Origin: Candidatus Heimdallarchaeota archaeon | GTDB lineage: Archaea; Asgardarchaeota; Heimdallarchaeia; Hodarchaeales; Hodarchaeaceae | Assembly: GCA_011364965.1 (NCBI GenBank) | Contig: RDOB01000002.1 | Location: forward strand, 384,001 to 448,000 | DNA: 64,000 nt | Reading direction: 5' to 3' | Shown here: positions 1 to 8,525 of the stretch, in pieces | How positions within the stretch are numbered: the first letter of the stretch is position 1 | Layout: the number at the start of each line of letters is the position of its first letter | Made by a program: the position numbers and the translations under genes | Notes under the pieces: generated by a model | Database searches by the model: none | What the model was told of the DNA's origin: nothing | The model's input: the letters and a program-made list of their open reading frames with translations, nothing else

Positions 1-1211
1 GGTAAAAACCCATTAACAACTTCAACGACAATTTCATTAAGAGGATAGAACCCTTTTCTTTCAATGGTATGTCCTATTCGGGAATAATCAACAATATCAT
101 TAATTATTTTATTCATCTGATCAATTTTATTCTCAATGCGCTCAAAAAAGGTGAATAGTTCGTGATCTATTCTATCGCTCTGTACATTCTTTTTAATCAG
201 TTCAGAAAATCCAGCTATGGAATGCAGGGGGGTTTTTAAGTCGTGCGAGATGGTATATACAAATTCTTCTAATTCTTTTGATTTTCCCTGAAGTCTATCG
301 TTTATTCGAGTGAGCTCTTCATTTGCTTGAGACAATTCAACTGTTCGATCTTTTACCAATTTCTCAAGGCGTGTCCGATACTCATGAAGCTCGGTATTAT
401 CATTAAAAGCACTCAAGATAACTTTCTCCCCTCCTAGTTCGAAAGTATTCATATTCAGTAGAGAAGGGAAGCTTGTTCCATCTTTTCTCCTTAAAGGTAC
501 CTCTTTTCCTCTGATAGTGCCTTTCTTTTCAATGAGACTAAGCATTTCCTGTCTATCTTGAGGATTAATCCAAAACTCGGTAGAGGAGATCCTTTTGATT
601 TCATTTCTTTCATAACCCAATATCCTAAGTAGGGCATCGTTATATTCAATCATCTCTCCGTCATAGGTAGCAATCCCAATCCCAATCGGAACAGACTCAA
701 ATAATATTCGATACTTTTCTTCACTTTCTTTTAAAGCTTCTTCCACGTCTTTTTGTTTTGAAACATTCATTATAGAAAATATGATTTTAGATAAATCGTG
801 TTCGTGACCAGGTACAACAACACTTCGTAAAGCAACATCAATCTTTTCTCCAGATAATGTCTTGTTGATTAATTCTGCTTCAAAAACTCGTTCTCCTTCA
901 GATATTGCGACTATTTCCTCAACAAAAGATGCATATGAATCCTCTGATAGTAATTTTCTAATATTGCCTAAAAGATCTTCTTTCTTTTCTGCGCCATAAA
1001 TCTCCATTGCTCTTTTATTTACATCAGTAATTTTAGCTAGCTCTAATAATTTTTCAATCTGCTCTGGTCTTGATTTAAGATATTTGGCCAAATTTTTTAT
1101 TTTACGTTTTTTTAAGGTGTCAAGATAAAGCTTAACTTCGCTGAAATCTTCCTCAAACTGACAGATAGGAGATTCCTCAAAAAGAACGCGATATCTATCC
1201 TCAGATTCCAT
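1..1211 (-). CDS. PAS-domain sensor histidine kinase (3' end runs off the window)
   Basis: Not in the ORF track. Manual translation from ATG 1211 begins MESEDRYRVLFEESPICQFEEDF, followed by two PAS-like segments, a coiled coil and the H-box EFVYTISHDLKTPLHSIAGFSEL. Frame checked at the start and from the second PAS to the H-box. Confidence 0.9.
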   Translation of the reverse strand, partial: MESEDRYRVLFEESPICQFEEDFSEVKLYLDTLKKRKIKNLAKYLKSRPEQIEKLLELAKITDVNKRAMEIYGAEKKEDLLGNIRKLLSEDSYASFVEEIVAISEGERVFEAELINKTLSGEKIDVALRSVVVPGHEHDLSKIIFSIMNVSKQKDVEEALKESEEKYRILFESVPIGIGIATYDGEMIEYNDALLRILGYERNEIKRISSTEFWINPQDRQEMLSLIEKKGTIRGKEVPLRRKDGTSFPSLLNMNTFELGGEKVILSAFNDNTELHEYRTRLEKLVKDRTVELSQANEELTRINDRLQGKSKELEEFVYTISHDLKTPLHSIAGFSELIKKNVQSDRIDHELFTFFERIENKIDQMNKIINDIVDYSRIGHTIERKGFYPLNEIVVEVVNGFL

Positions 1212-1466
1212 TTCTAAAGACCCTCAATCAGAAGAATACAATAAACTAAAGTTTAATCCTTACAATTAAACTTAAAGCTTGAATTCTATTTAAATAATAG
1301 CATATAGATTTTGTTAGACAATGAATAGAGAAAAATCAAATCTGGATATATGAAAATCATCGTAGATCTGATGAGTATTCCAATGATAATAAAAATAAAA
1401 TATGAAAAATTAGCTTCGCGAAACTAATGCGGTTAAGATTTAAGTTAATAAAGATGAGTCTGGTGG

Positions 1467-1490
1467 CATAGATATACCATAGATATATAA
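1467..1490 (+). promoter_or_regulatory. Tandem CATAGATATA direct repeat overlapping a TATA-like box upstream of abfD
   Basis: CATAGATATA at 1467-1476 and 1478-1487 (11-bp period); ATATATAA at 1483-1490; about 60 bp upstream of ATG 1550. Confidence 0.4.
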
Positions 1491-1549
1491 CCATTAGAAT
1501 TATCCTTCTTTAAAACCTAAAAACATTTGAATTTCAAATTGGTGGTAAA

Positions 1550-2995
1550 ATGAAGACATCTGAGGAATATAGAGCAAAACTTTACAATATGAAACCTAAT
1601 GTCTATATAGATGGAGATATTGTAAATAGAAAAGATAATAGACTAGAAGGATCGATTACAACTATCTGTAAAACATTTGACATGATAAATGATCCTGAAT
1701 TAAAGGATTTACTAGTTACCACTTCTCATATTTCTAATGAAAAGATAAATCGGTTCACTCATATTCATCAAACTGTGGATGACCTCCTGAAAAAACAAGA
1801 AATGACACGTAAGATATGTCATTATACTGGTGGATGTATCTTTAGATGTATGGGAGTAGATGCGATGAATTCATTGTCTATAATTACATCAAAAGCTGAA
1901 ATGATGACGGGTCGTCCTTATAATCAAAGATGGTTGAAATATCTCAAATATTGGCAGAAAAATGATATTGTAGGGTGTTGTGCACAAACCGATGCAAAAG
2001 GAGATCGATCATTAAGACCCCATCAGCAAGCAGATCCAGATTTGTACGTTCGAGTGGTTGAAGAACGTGAAGATGGTATTATTGTCCGTGGAGCAAAAAA
2101 TCATATTACAGCAGCTGCTATCGCTGAAGAAATAATTGTAACTCCTACGCGTTTTTTAACTTCTGAGGAAGATAAATATGCAGTATCTTTTGCAATACCT
2201 GGAGATTGGGACGGAGTTTATCTAGTTACTCGTGCTTCAAACATGAAACAACGTGAGCATATCCCCTGCCCAGCTGGTGCTTTTGGAGATGTTGAAACTA
2301 CTGTTATCTTTGATGATACTTTTATTCCTAATGACCGTGTTTTTCTTGGAGGTGCGCCTGGAGAGCATCAATTTGGAGGATGGCTTGCTTTATTGTTCGC
2401 ATTATATCATCGTCACAGTTATACCGGATGCAAACCTTCCTCTACTGATATCATTCTAGGATATTGCGCCTTAGTAAGTGAGTATAGTGGGATTGAAAAT
2501 CAAAAACATGTTCAATCCAAACTAGCTGATTTAATAAGTGTCGCAGAATTAGTCTATGCTAGTGGGATAGCAGCAGCATATAAAGCCACAAAGGATGAAA
2601 CCTGCGGAACAATGATACCTGATCCAATGTTTTGTAATGTGGGTAGAAAACATGCTGGTAAGAATTATTATCATGAGCTAGAGACACTTGCTGATCTTTC
2701 TGGAGGTTTACCCGCCACTCTTCCTTTTGAGAAAGATTTTTTCAGTGAAGAACGGATTGGGGAATTACTTCAGAAGTATATCAAACGAAAAGCTGACGTT
2801 CCTGCAGAGGACATTTATAAACTCTATCGAACTCTTTCTGATGTTCTATGTTCTTCTATTGGCGGAGTAATATCGGTTGCTGGGGTTCATGGTGGAGGTA
2901 GTCCAGTAATGGAAGACATTGCAATACTTAAGCAGTATGATATTGATGCTCGAAAGAAAATAGCAAGATATCTAGCGGGAATTAAATACGATTAA
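1550..2995 (+). CDS. abfD: 4-hydroxybutyryl-CoA dehydratase / vinylacetyl-CoA isomerase (HpaB-fold, FAD + [4Fe-4S])
   Basis: CIFRCMGVD (C-x3-C) and YHRHSYTGCK (H...C) cluster ligands, QTDAKGDRS, HGGGSP. The Cys ligands favour 4HBD over 4-hydroxyphenylacetate hydroxylase. Confidence 0.85.
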   Translation: MKTSEEYRAKLYNMKPNVYIDGDIVNRKDNRLEGSITTICKTFDMINDPELKDLLVTTSHISNEKINRFTHIHQTVDDLLKKQEMTRKICHYTGGCIFRCMGVDAMNSLSIITSKAEMMTGRPYNQRWLKYLKYWQKNDIVGCCAQTDAKGDRSLRPHQQADPDLYVRVVEEREDGIIVRGAKNHITAAAIAEEIIVTPTRFLTSEEDKYAVSFAIPGDWDGVYLVTRASNMKQREHIPCPAGAFGDVETTVIFDDTFIPNDRVFLGGAPGEHQFGGWLALLFALYHRHSYTGCKPSSTDIILGYCALVSEYSGIENQKHVQSKLADLISVAELVYASGIAAAYKATKDETCGTMIPDPMFCNVGRKHAGKNYYHELETLADLSGGLPATLPFEKDFFSEERIGELLQKYIKRKADVPAEDIYKLYRTLSDVLCSSIGGVISVAGVHGGGSPVMEDIAILKQYDIDARKKIARYLAGIKYD

Positions 2996-2997
2996 AG

Positions 2998-3033
2998 AAA
3001 GCGACAAAAATCGCTTTTTCTTTTCTTTTCCTT
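2998..3033 (+). terminator. Hairpin plus T-rich tract after abfD
   Basis: AAAGCGA-caaaaa-TCGCTTT inverted repeat followed by TTCTTTTCTTTTCCTTT. Confidence 0.6.
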
Positions 3034-3265
3034 TCCTATTAATTGCTGCTTAGGGTACTACCACATGAATTCGCTTTATATATAAAGATCATCTTTAAAA
3101 GCCCTAACGTGTTACCCGTCTTCAGAATGAAGAATAAACTTTATTTAGGGGTAAAATTAACTAGATGGTATTCGCAATGTTGACACTCTTAAATCAGTTT
3201 TCCCAAAATGTGTCTATTAAACTGCGAATGGAGAAAAGGAAGATCTTGGATTAAAGGCCATTTTT

Positions 3266-6200
3266 ATGTCCTTATTAATTCTCAAGATTATAAACCATGA
3301 ACTCTATCTAGGACGAGATATACGTTTGACTATTCAAGTAACCCAAAGATTAATTAAGAAGCGTACAGGCCAGATAGTCGTTCATAATCCTGATAAGCTT
3401 CTATCTGCTATTTATCGTGCTCAACAAAGCTTAGGAAAGGGGGATGAAAAACTTGCTGCTGCTATTGCGAAAGAAGTAGATCAAAAATTAGATGAAGAAT
3501 TCTTTTCAAAAAATATCATTCCTGATGTAGAGCAAATTCAAGACATTGTTGAAGAATTTCTTATGAACTGGGGTCTATTTGATGTAGCTAAAGCCTATAT
3601 TGTTTATCGTCATGAAAGAACACGGATCAGGAATAAGCAGAATGTCATTATGGACGTCAAAGAAACCATTGAACAATATTTGGGTGTTGAAGAGGAAGGG
3701 AGAAGGAAAGATTGGCGAGTTAAAGAAAATGCTAACCAAGATTTTGATTATCCTGGATTGAATGCTTATATTTCTGGAAGTCATCTTGCTCGATATGGAT
3801 TATACACTCTCTACCCTCCCGAAATAGCTGAGGCACATGTTACTGGACATATTCACATTCATGATTTAAGCAACAGCATCGTTGGATATTGCGCAGGATG
3901 GAGTCTGCAATTACTTCTACAAAAAGGATTTGGAGGAGTAAAAGGTAGAGTAGCATCCAGTCCACCAAAGCATTTGGATTCCGCAATTAATCAGATAATA
4001 ACCTTTCTTGGGACGTTACAGAATGAATTCGCTGGCGCACAAGCATTCTCGTCTGTAGATACTTTATTGGCACCATTCATTCGGCAAAGATTCAGTAAAA
4101 GCGTTGAAAAAATCCTAAGACAGACATTTTCTCTTAAAGCAAACGGAAATGTATATTTGCTATTAGATCTTCTTTATGGGTATAACAAAGGCACAAATAA
4201 TATAGAAACAATTCATAAACTACTTGAAAATCTCTATCCAGACATCATATTTTCAACTGAGTTACTAAATACATTTCTTCGGTCCTTTAACGAGGAATAT
4301 GAGGAAAATGTTGCATTTATCAGGCAAAATATTCAAAATCTGATATATGCTGTTAATCAAACCTCCCGTTGGGGAGGACAGTGTGTTACCGAGGATACTC
4401 AATGCTTAACTGATAATGGATGGAAATCTTACGACAAAATAGATCTTTTTCGTGATAAAATCGCAACATTTAATGGTAGGACTCATCTTATTGAATACTT
4501 AAGTCCCCAGATGATTAACGTTTTTGATTATGATGATCAACTTATTAGTATTAAAAATCGCTCCCAAGATCAACTTGTAACTCCAAATCACCGAGTTTTA
4601 AGGAAGGTATTCAATACTGATCGGTTTGAATTAATAAAAGCTGATAAGTTGTCAAATTTTAAGACAAGGATTCAGATTCCTAATTCAGCAGTAACAAGCT
4701 CAGTTACAGAAATTGAAGATCACATCGTAGAATTAATCGCATGGCTTGTAAGTGAAGGTAGTTTCAGTACAGGTCCAAGAGAGAGAGTTCATATTTATCA
4801 AAGTGCGAATAATATCAAGTATGTTCGTTCAATTCGTAAATGTTTGAGAAAGAACGGATTTAAATGGGATGAACAGAAAAGATTACATGGTTTTGCAGAA
4901 CATGAGTTGATCAGGTTCAGACTGAATCAAGCTAGCTCTCGACGGGTAAGAAATATAATCAACAAAAAGAAAATCCCCAAATTTGTCAAAAACTTGTCAA
5001 AAAGGCAATTACGGTTATTCCTCGAAACATATGTTCAAGGGGATGGTCATATTGATGAGAAGGGGAGGATTAGAATTTACACTAAAGATGAAGATATTAA
5101 GAACTCCCTCCAGGAATTGTGTGTATTAGCTAGGTTTGGTTCTACGGTAAATGTGCAATCTAATGGAGTTTATACTATTAATATTATCAGGAATTCTATT
5201 ACAAATATCACAAAGATAACAAAAAAAGCTTATTCAGGAAAAGTTTGGTGTCCTACAACAACGAACGGGACCTTTGTTGCCCGAAGAAAAGATAAAACTT
5301 TCATCACTGGAAACTCCCCATTTGTCAATTTATCCTTTGATTGGACTATTCCTTCAGATTTAGCTGACCAATATGCCATCATTTCTGGAAAAGCTTTCTC
5401 TAAAATTTTATATAAAGACTGTCAAACTGAAGTAGACATTTTCAATCGCGTTTTTATCGAGGAGATGTCTCGAGGGGACAAACATAATCGCGTTTTCACC
5501 TTTCCAATACCAACTTATTCTATTACTCGAAATTTTGATTGGGATCATCCAAATGTCGATATATTGATGAAATTGACATCAAAATATGGAACCCCTTACT
5601 TCCAAAATTATAGTGGATCAGGTTTAGAACCAAGCTCTATTCGTGCTATGTGCTGTCGCTTGAATTTAAATATTTTGGAATTGAAAAGTCGTCCTGGGGG
5701 AATGTGGAATATTGGTGATTCTACAGGATCAATTGGTGTTGTCACGATTAATCTAAATCGTTTAGGATATCAAGCGGTTAATGAAGACGATTTCTTCAAC
5801 CGCTTGAAAAAATATATGGAGATATCGAAGGTTTCTCTTGAGATAAAGCGAAAAGAAGTGAGTAGAAATCTCAAAAACGGAATGATGGCCTATGCACGTG
5901 AATATCTACCTCATGGTTTTAAAACCTATTTTTCTACTATTGGATTATGTGGTATGCACGAATGTTGTTTGAATTTTTTAGGTGAAGGGATAGAAACTGA
6001 AATAGGCAAGATTTTTGCACGAAAAGTGCTCAATTTTATGAGGGAGGTATGTGATGAATTTAAGAATGAAACAGGTAACCTTTACAATTTAGAGGCTACT
6101 CCTGCAGAGAGCACATCATTTCGATTCGCAAAGCTTGATAAAAAGTACTATCCCACAATTATATGTTCAGGAACAATAGAAACTCCTTTCTTGACGAATT

Positions 6201-6949
6201 CTACAAATTTACCTGTAAATGCCACAAATGATCTTATTGAGGCCATTGAGCACCAAAATGATCTTCAACCATTATACACCGGAGGAACTATGTTTCATAC
6301 GTTTTTGGGTCAAGAAATTGACTCACGAACATGCACAAATTTAGTAAAACAAATCTCTGAAAAAACTTCACTTCCTTATTTTAGTATCACTCCCACTTTT
6401 TCAATTTGCACAGAACATAATTATATCAAGGGGAAGCATTTTGAGTGTCCTAAATGTGGAAAAGAAACTGAAGTTTACTCTCGAATTGTTGGATACTTTC
6501 GTCCTGTTTCAAAGTGGAATGATGGTAAAACTCAAGAATTTCATGAGAGAAAGGTTTTTGTTATATCAGATTCCCTATTATCAAATAAAGTGAGTAAAGA
6601 AGAACAACCTGAAATTAAAATACCAGAAAGCTCTAATTATCCTAATGATATTAAGAATAGCGGGAAAATTTCTATCTATAACAAAATCCTCGTATTTACT
6701 TCACCCTCCTGTCCAAAATGTGCTCCTTTCAAGTCTATAATCTATCACACATTGGAATCAACATCTATTCATGAAATCAACACTACTACTACAGAGGGGA
6801 TTGCATTAGCTGAAAAATTCATGGTGAGATCAGTACCTACGGCCATTGCGGTTTTAGATGATAAAGAAGTATGTAGATTTTCAAATTATTTAAGTTTGAA
6901 TAAGCTTCTGCCTAGTTTGCAACAAAAAAGTGAACATAATGCTAGTTAG
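3266..6949 (+). CDS. nrdD: Anaerobic (class III) ribonucleoside-triphosphate reductase with ATP cone, intein and C-terminal thioredoxin/glutaredoxin-like domain
   Basis: ATP cone (IKKRTG...VEQIQDIVE...AKAYIVYR), HIHIHDL, RAMCCRL active-site loop, EATPAES, Zn ribbon (C-x2-H...CPKC), glycyl-radical motif YSRIVGYFRPV. The real start may be TTG 3326. Confidence 0.95.
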   Translation: MSLLILKIINHELYLGRDIRLTIQVTQRLIKKRTGQIVVHNPDKLLSAIYRAQQSLGKGDEKLAAAIAKEVDQKLDEEFFSKNIIPDVEQIQDIVEEFLMNWGLFDVAKAYIVYRHERTRIRNKQNVIMDVKETIEQYLGVEEEGRRKDWRVKENANQDFDYPGLNAYISGSHLARYGLYTLYPPEIAEAHVTGHIHIHDLSNSIVGYCAGWSLQLLLQKGFGGVKGRVASSPPKHLDSAINQIITFLGTLQNEFAGAQAFSSVDTLLAPFIRQRFSKSVEKILRQTFSLKANGNVYLLLDLLYGYNKGTNNIETIHKLLENLYPDIIFSTELLNTFLRSFNEEYEENVAFIRQNIQNLIYAVNQTSRWGGQCVTEDTQCLTDNGWKSYDKIDLFRDKIATFNGRTHLIEYLSPQMINVFDYDDQLISIKNRSQDQLVTPNHRVLRKVFNTDRFELIKADKLSNFKTRIQIPNSAVTSSVTEIEDHIVELIAWLVSEGSFSTGPRERVHIYQSANNIKYVRSIRKCLRKNGFKWDEQKRLHGFAEHELIRFRLNQASSRRVRNIINKKKIPKFVKNLSKRQLRLFLETYVQGDGHIDEKGRIRIYTKDEDIKNSLQELCVLARFGSTVNVQSNGVYTINIIRNSITNITKITKKAYSGKVWCPTTTNGTFVARRKDKTFITGNSPFVNLSFDWTIPSDLADQYAIISGKAFSKILYKDCQTEVDIFNRVFIEEMSRGDKHNRVFTFPIPTYSITRNFDWDHPNVDILMKLTSKYGTPYFQNYSGSGLEPSSIRAMCCRLNLNILELKSRPGGMWNIGDSTGSIGVVTINLNRLGYQAVNEDDFFNRLKKYMEISKVSLEIKRKEVSRNLKNGMMAYAREYLPHGFKTYFSTIGLCGMHECCLNFLGEGIETEIGKIFARKVLNFMREVCDEFKNETGNLYNLEATPAESTSFRFAKLDKKYYPTIICSGTIETPFLTNSTNLPVNATNDLIEAIEHQNDLQPLYTGGTMFHTFLGQEIDSRTCTNLVKQISEKTSLPYFSITPTFSICTEHNYIKGKHFECPKCGKETEVYSRIVGYFRPVSKWNDGKTQEFHERKVFVISDSLLSNKVSKEEQPEIKIPESSNYPNDIKNSGKISIYNKILVFTSPSCPKCAPFKSIIYHTLESTSIHEINTTTTEGIALAEKFMVRSVPTAIAVLDDKEVCRFSNYLSLNKLLPSLQQKSEHNAS
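4382..5314 (+). mobile_element. Intein (311 aa) with LAGLIDADG homing endonuclease, inside nrdD
   Basis: Junctions RWGGQ|CVTEDTQCLT and GTFVARRKDKTFITGN|SPF. Block B VTPNHRV; LAGLIDADG-like motifs LIAWLVSEGS and FLETYVQGDG. Removal restores GGQSPF. Confidence 0.93.
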
Positions 6950-7670
6950 AGAGCTAAGAATACCATTAGCTGGTTTTGAATCTACTTCATTGATAGACTA
7001 TCCTAATGGAGAACTTTGTTCAGTTATTTTTTTGGGAGGCTGTAATTTCCGCTGTGGATATTGTCATAATCCAGATTTACTGAAACCTCCTGAGAGTTGG
7101 GACTTAATTGAGAATTTAGTACCGAAATTAAATTCCCGAAAAAAGTGGATTCAATCCTTGGTAATTAGTGGTGGGGAACCGTTAATGCACAGAGAATCAT
7201 TAGAGCTCATCAAGATCCTTGTTAATAATGGATTTAAGATTAAAATTGATACCAATGGAAGTTATCCTTCCCAATTAGAATATTTAATCAATAAAAAATT
7301 AATAGATTATGTTGCATTAGATATAAAGACATCCCACGATAATTATGAGGAATTAGCGTTTCGGGGAGCTTTTGAAAAAGTCAAAACTAGTATTGAATTA
7401 CTTAAGTCTTCAACCAATTTAAATTATGAATTCAGAACCACTTTATGCCCAAAATTCATATCTAATGGAGATTTATTAGAAATTTCGAAGTATATCGATG
7501 GTAAAAATTGGTATTGGCAGCAATACAATCCAAGAATCACATTAAATCCTAGCTTTTCAAATCTACAGCCATATTCTAAAGAAAAAATCCTTGAAATGCG
7601 AAGAAAAGTAATGCAGGAATTCAAAGGTAAACTTTTCATTCGCGGCGAACAAATAAATAATTCCTGTTAA
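6930..7670 (+). CDS. nrdG: Anaerobic RNR activating enzyme (radical SAM)
   Basis: GCNFRCGYCHNP (Cx3Cx2C), SGGEP, DTNG; overlaps the nrdD end. ATG 6939 is an alternative start. Confidence 0.93.
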   Translation: MNIMLVRELRIPLAGFESTSLIDYPNGELCSVIFLGGCNFRCGYCHNPDLLKPPESWDLIENLVPKLNSRKKWIQSLVISGGEPLMHRESLELIKILVNNGFKIKIDTNGSYPSQLEYLINKKLIDYVALDIKTSHDNYEELAFRGAFEKVKTSIELLKSSTNLNYEFRTTLCPKFISNGDLLEISKYIDGKNWYWQQYNPRITLNPSFSNLQPYSKEKILEMRRKVMQEFKGKLFIRGEQINNSC

Positions 7671-7701
7671 AGTAATTATCCAATTCATCAGGAGGATTTA
7701 T

Positions 7702-8511
7702 ATGGATTCTGGTCTTCAAGGGAAGCATGCACTCATTACTGGAGCTGCTGGCGGGATTGGATCAACCATTGCAAGATTTCTTGCAAGGGAAGGCTGTATA
7801 CTTTCGCTTCATTATAATAAAGGAGGGACAATATGTAAAAAGTTGATTTCTGGGTTAGAAAATAAAGCTACTTGCTTTCAAGCTGACTTGAGATCCGAAG
7901 AAGATCTGATTGGGTTATTTAAGAATTCAATTGAGAAATATGGGAGAATTGATATATTGGTAATTAATCATGGAATATGGCCAGAAGATTATATTCCTAT
8001 TCTGGAAATGAGTTCTGAACAGTGGGATAATACGATCAGTATTAATTTGAGATCTGCTTTTTTATGTTGTCGTGAGTTCATGAAGAATCTTGAGTTTTTT
8101 ACAGATGATTATGCCAGTATTGTACTAATTGGATCTACCGCTGCTGTATTCGGTGAGGCTGGACATGCTGATTACTCTATTTCGAAGTCTGGGATGCGAG
8201 GACTGATGCTTTCGTGCAAAAATGAAATTATACATGTTGCTTCTCGTGGTAGAGTTAATATGGTGTCACCTGGATGGACTATTTCTCCGATGACTGAGCA
8301 ATTTATGGACAATAAAGACGGGATTCGTAATGTCTTACAAACTGTACCGTTGAGGAAAATTGCACGATCAGATGATATTGCGGAAACGGTGGTGTTTCTA
8401 TCATCTTCCCTACTTGCTGGTCATATCACGGGCCAAGAGATTGTTGTTGCAGGTGGTATGGAGGGGAGAAAGTTATTTGAACCAGAAGAAATTAATATAA
8501 ACAAAATTTAG
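7702..8511 (+). CDS. Short-chain dehydrogenase/reductase
   Basis: TGAAGGIG Rossmann motif, YSISK catalytic motif, VSPG. Confidence 0.9.
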   Translation: MDSGLQGKHALITGAAGGIGSTIARFLAREGCILSLHYNKGGTICKKLISGLENKATCFQADLRSEEDLIGLFKNSIEKYGRIDILVINHGIWPEDYIPILEMSSEQWDNTISINLRSAFLCCREFMKNLEFFTDDYASIVLIGSTAAVFGEAGHADYSISKSGMRGLMLSCKNEIIHVASRGRVNMVSPGWTISPMTEQFMDNKDGIRNVLQTVPLRKIARSDDIAETVVFLSSSLLAGHITGQEIVVAGGMEGRKLFEPEEININKI

Positions 8512-8525
8512 ATATTGTTGAATCT

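Noticed and set aside
1550-2995. abfD as evidence for an autotrophic 3HP/4HB or DC/4HB cycle
   Set aside because: No other cycle genes are in the window; 4HBD also serves fermentative 4-aminobutyrate/succinate metabolism.
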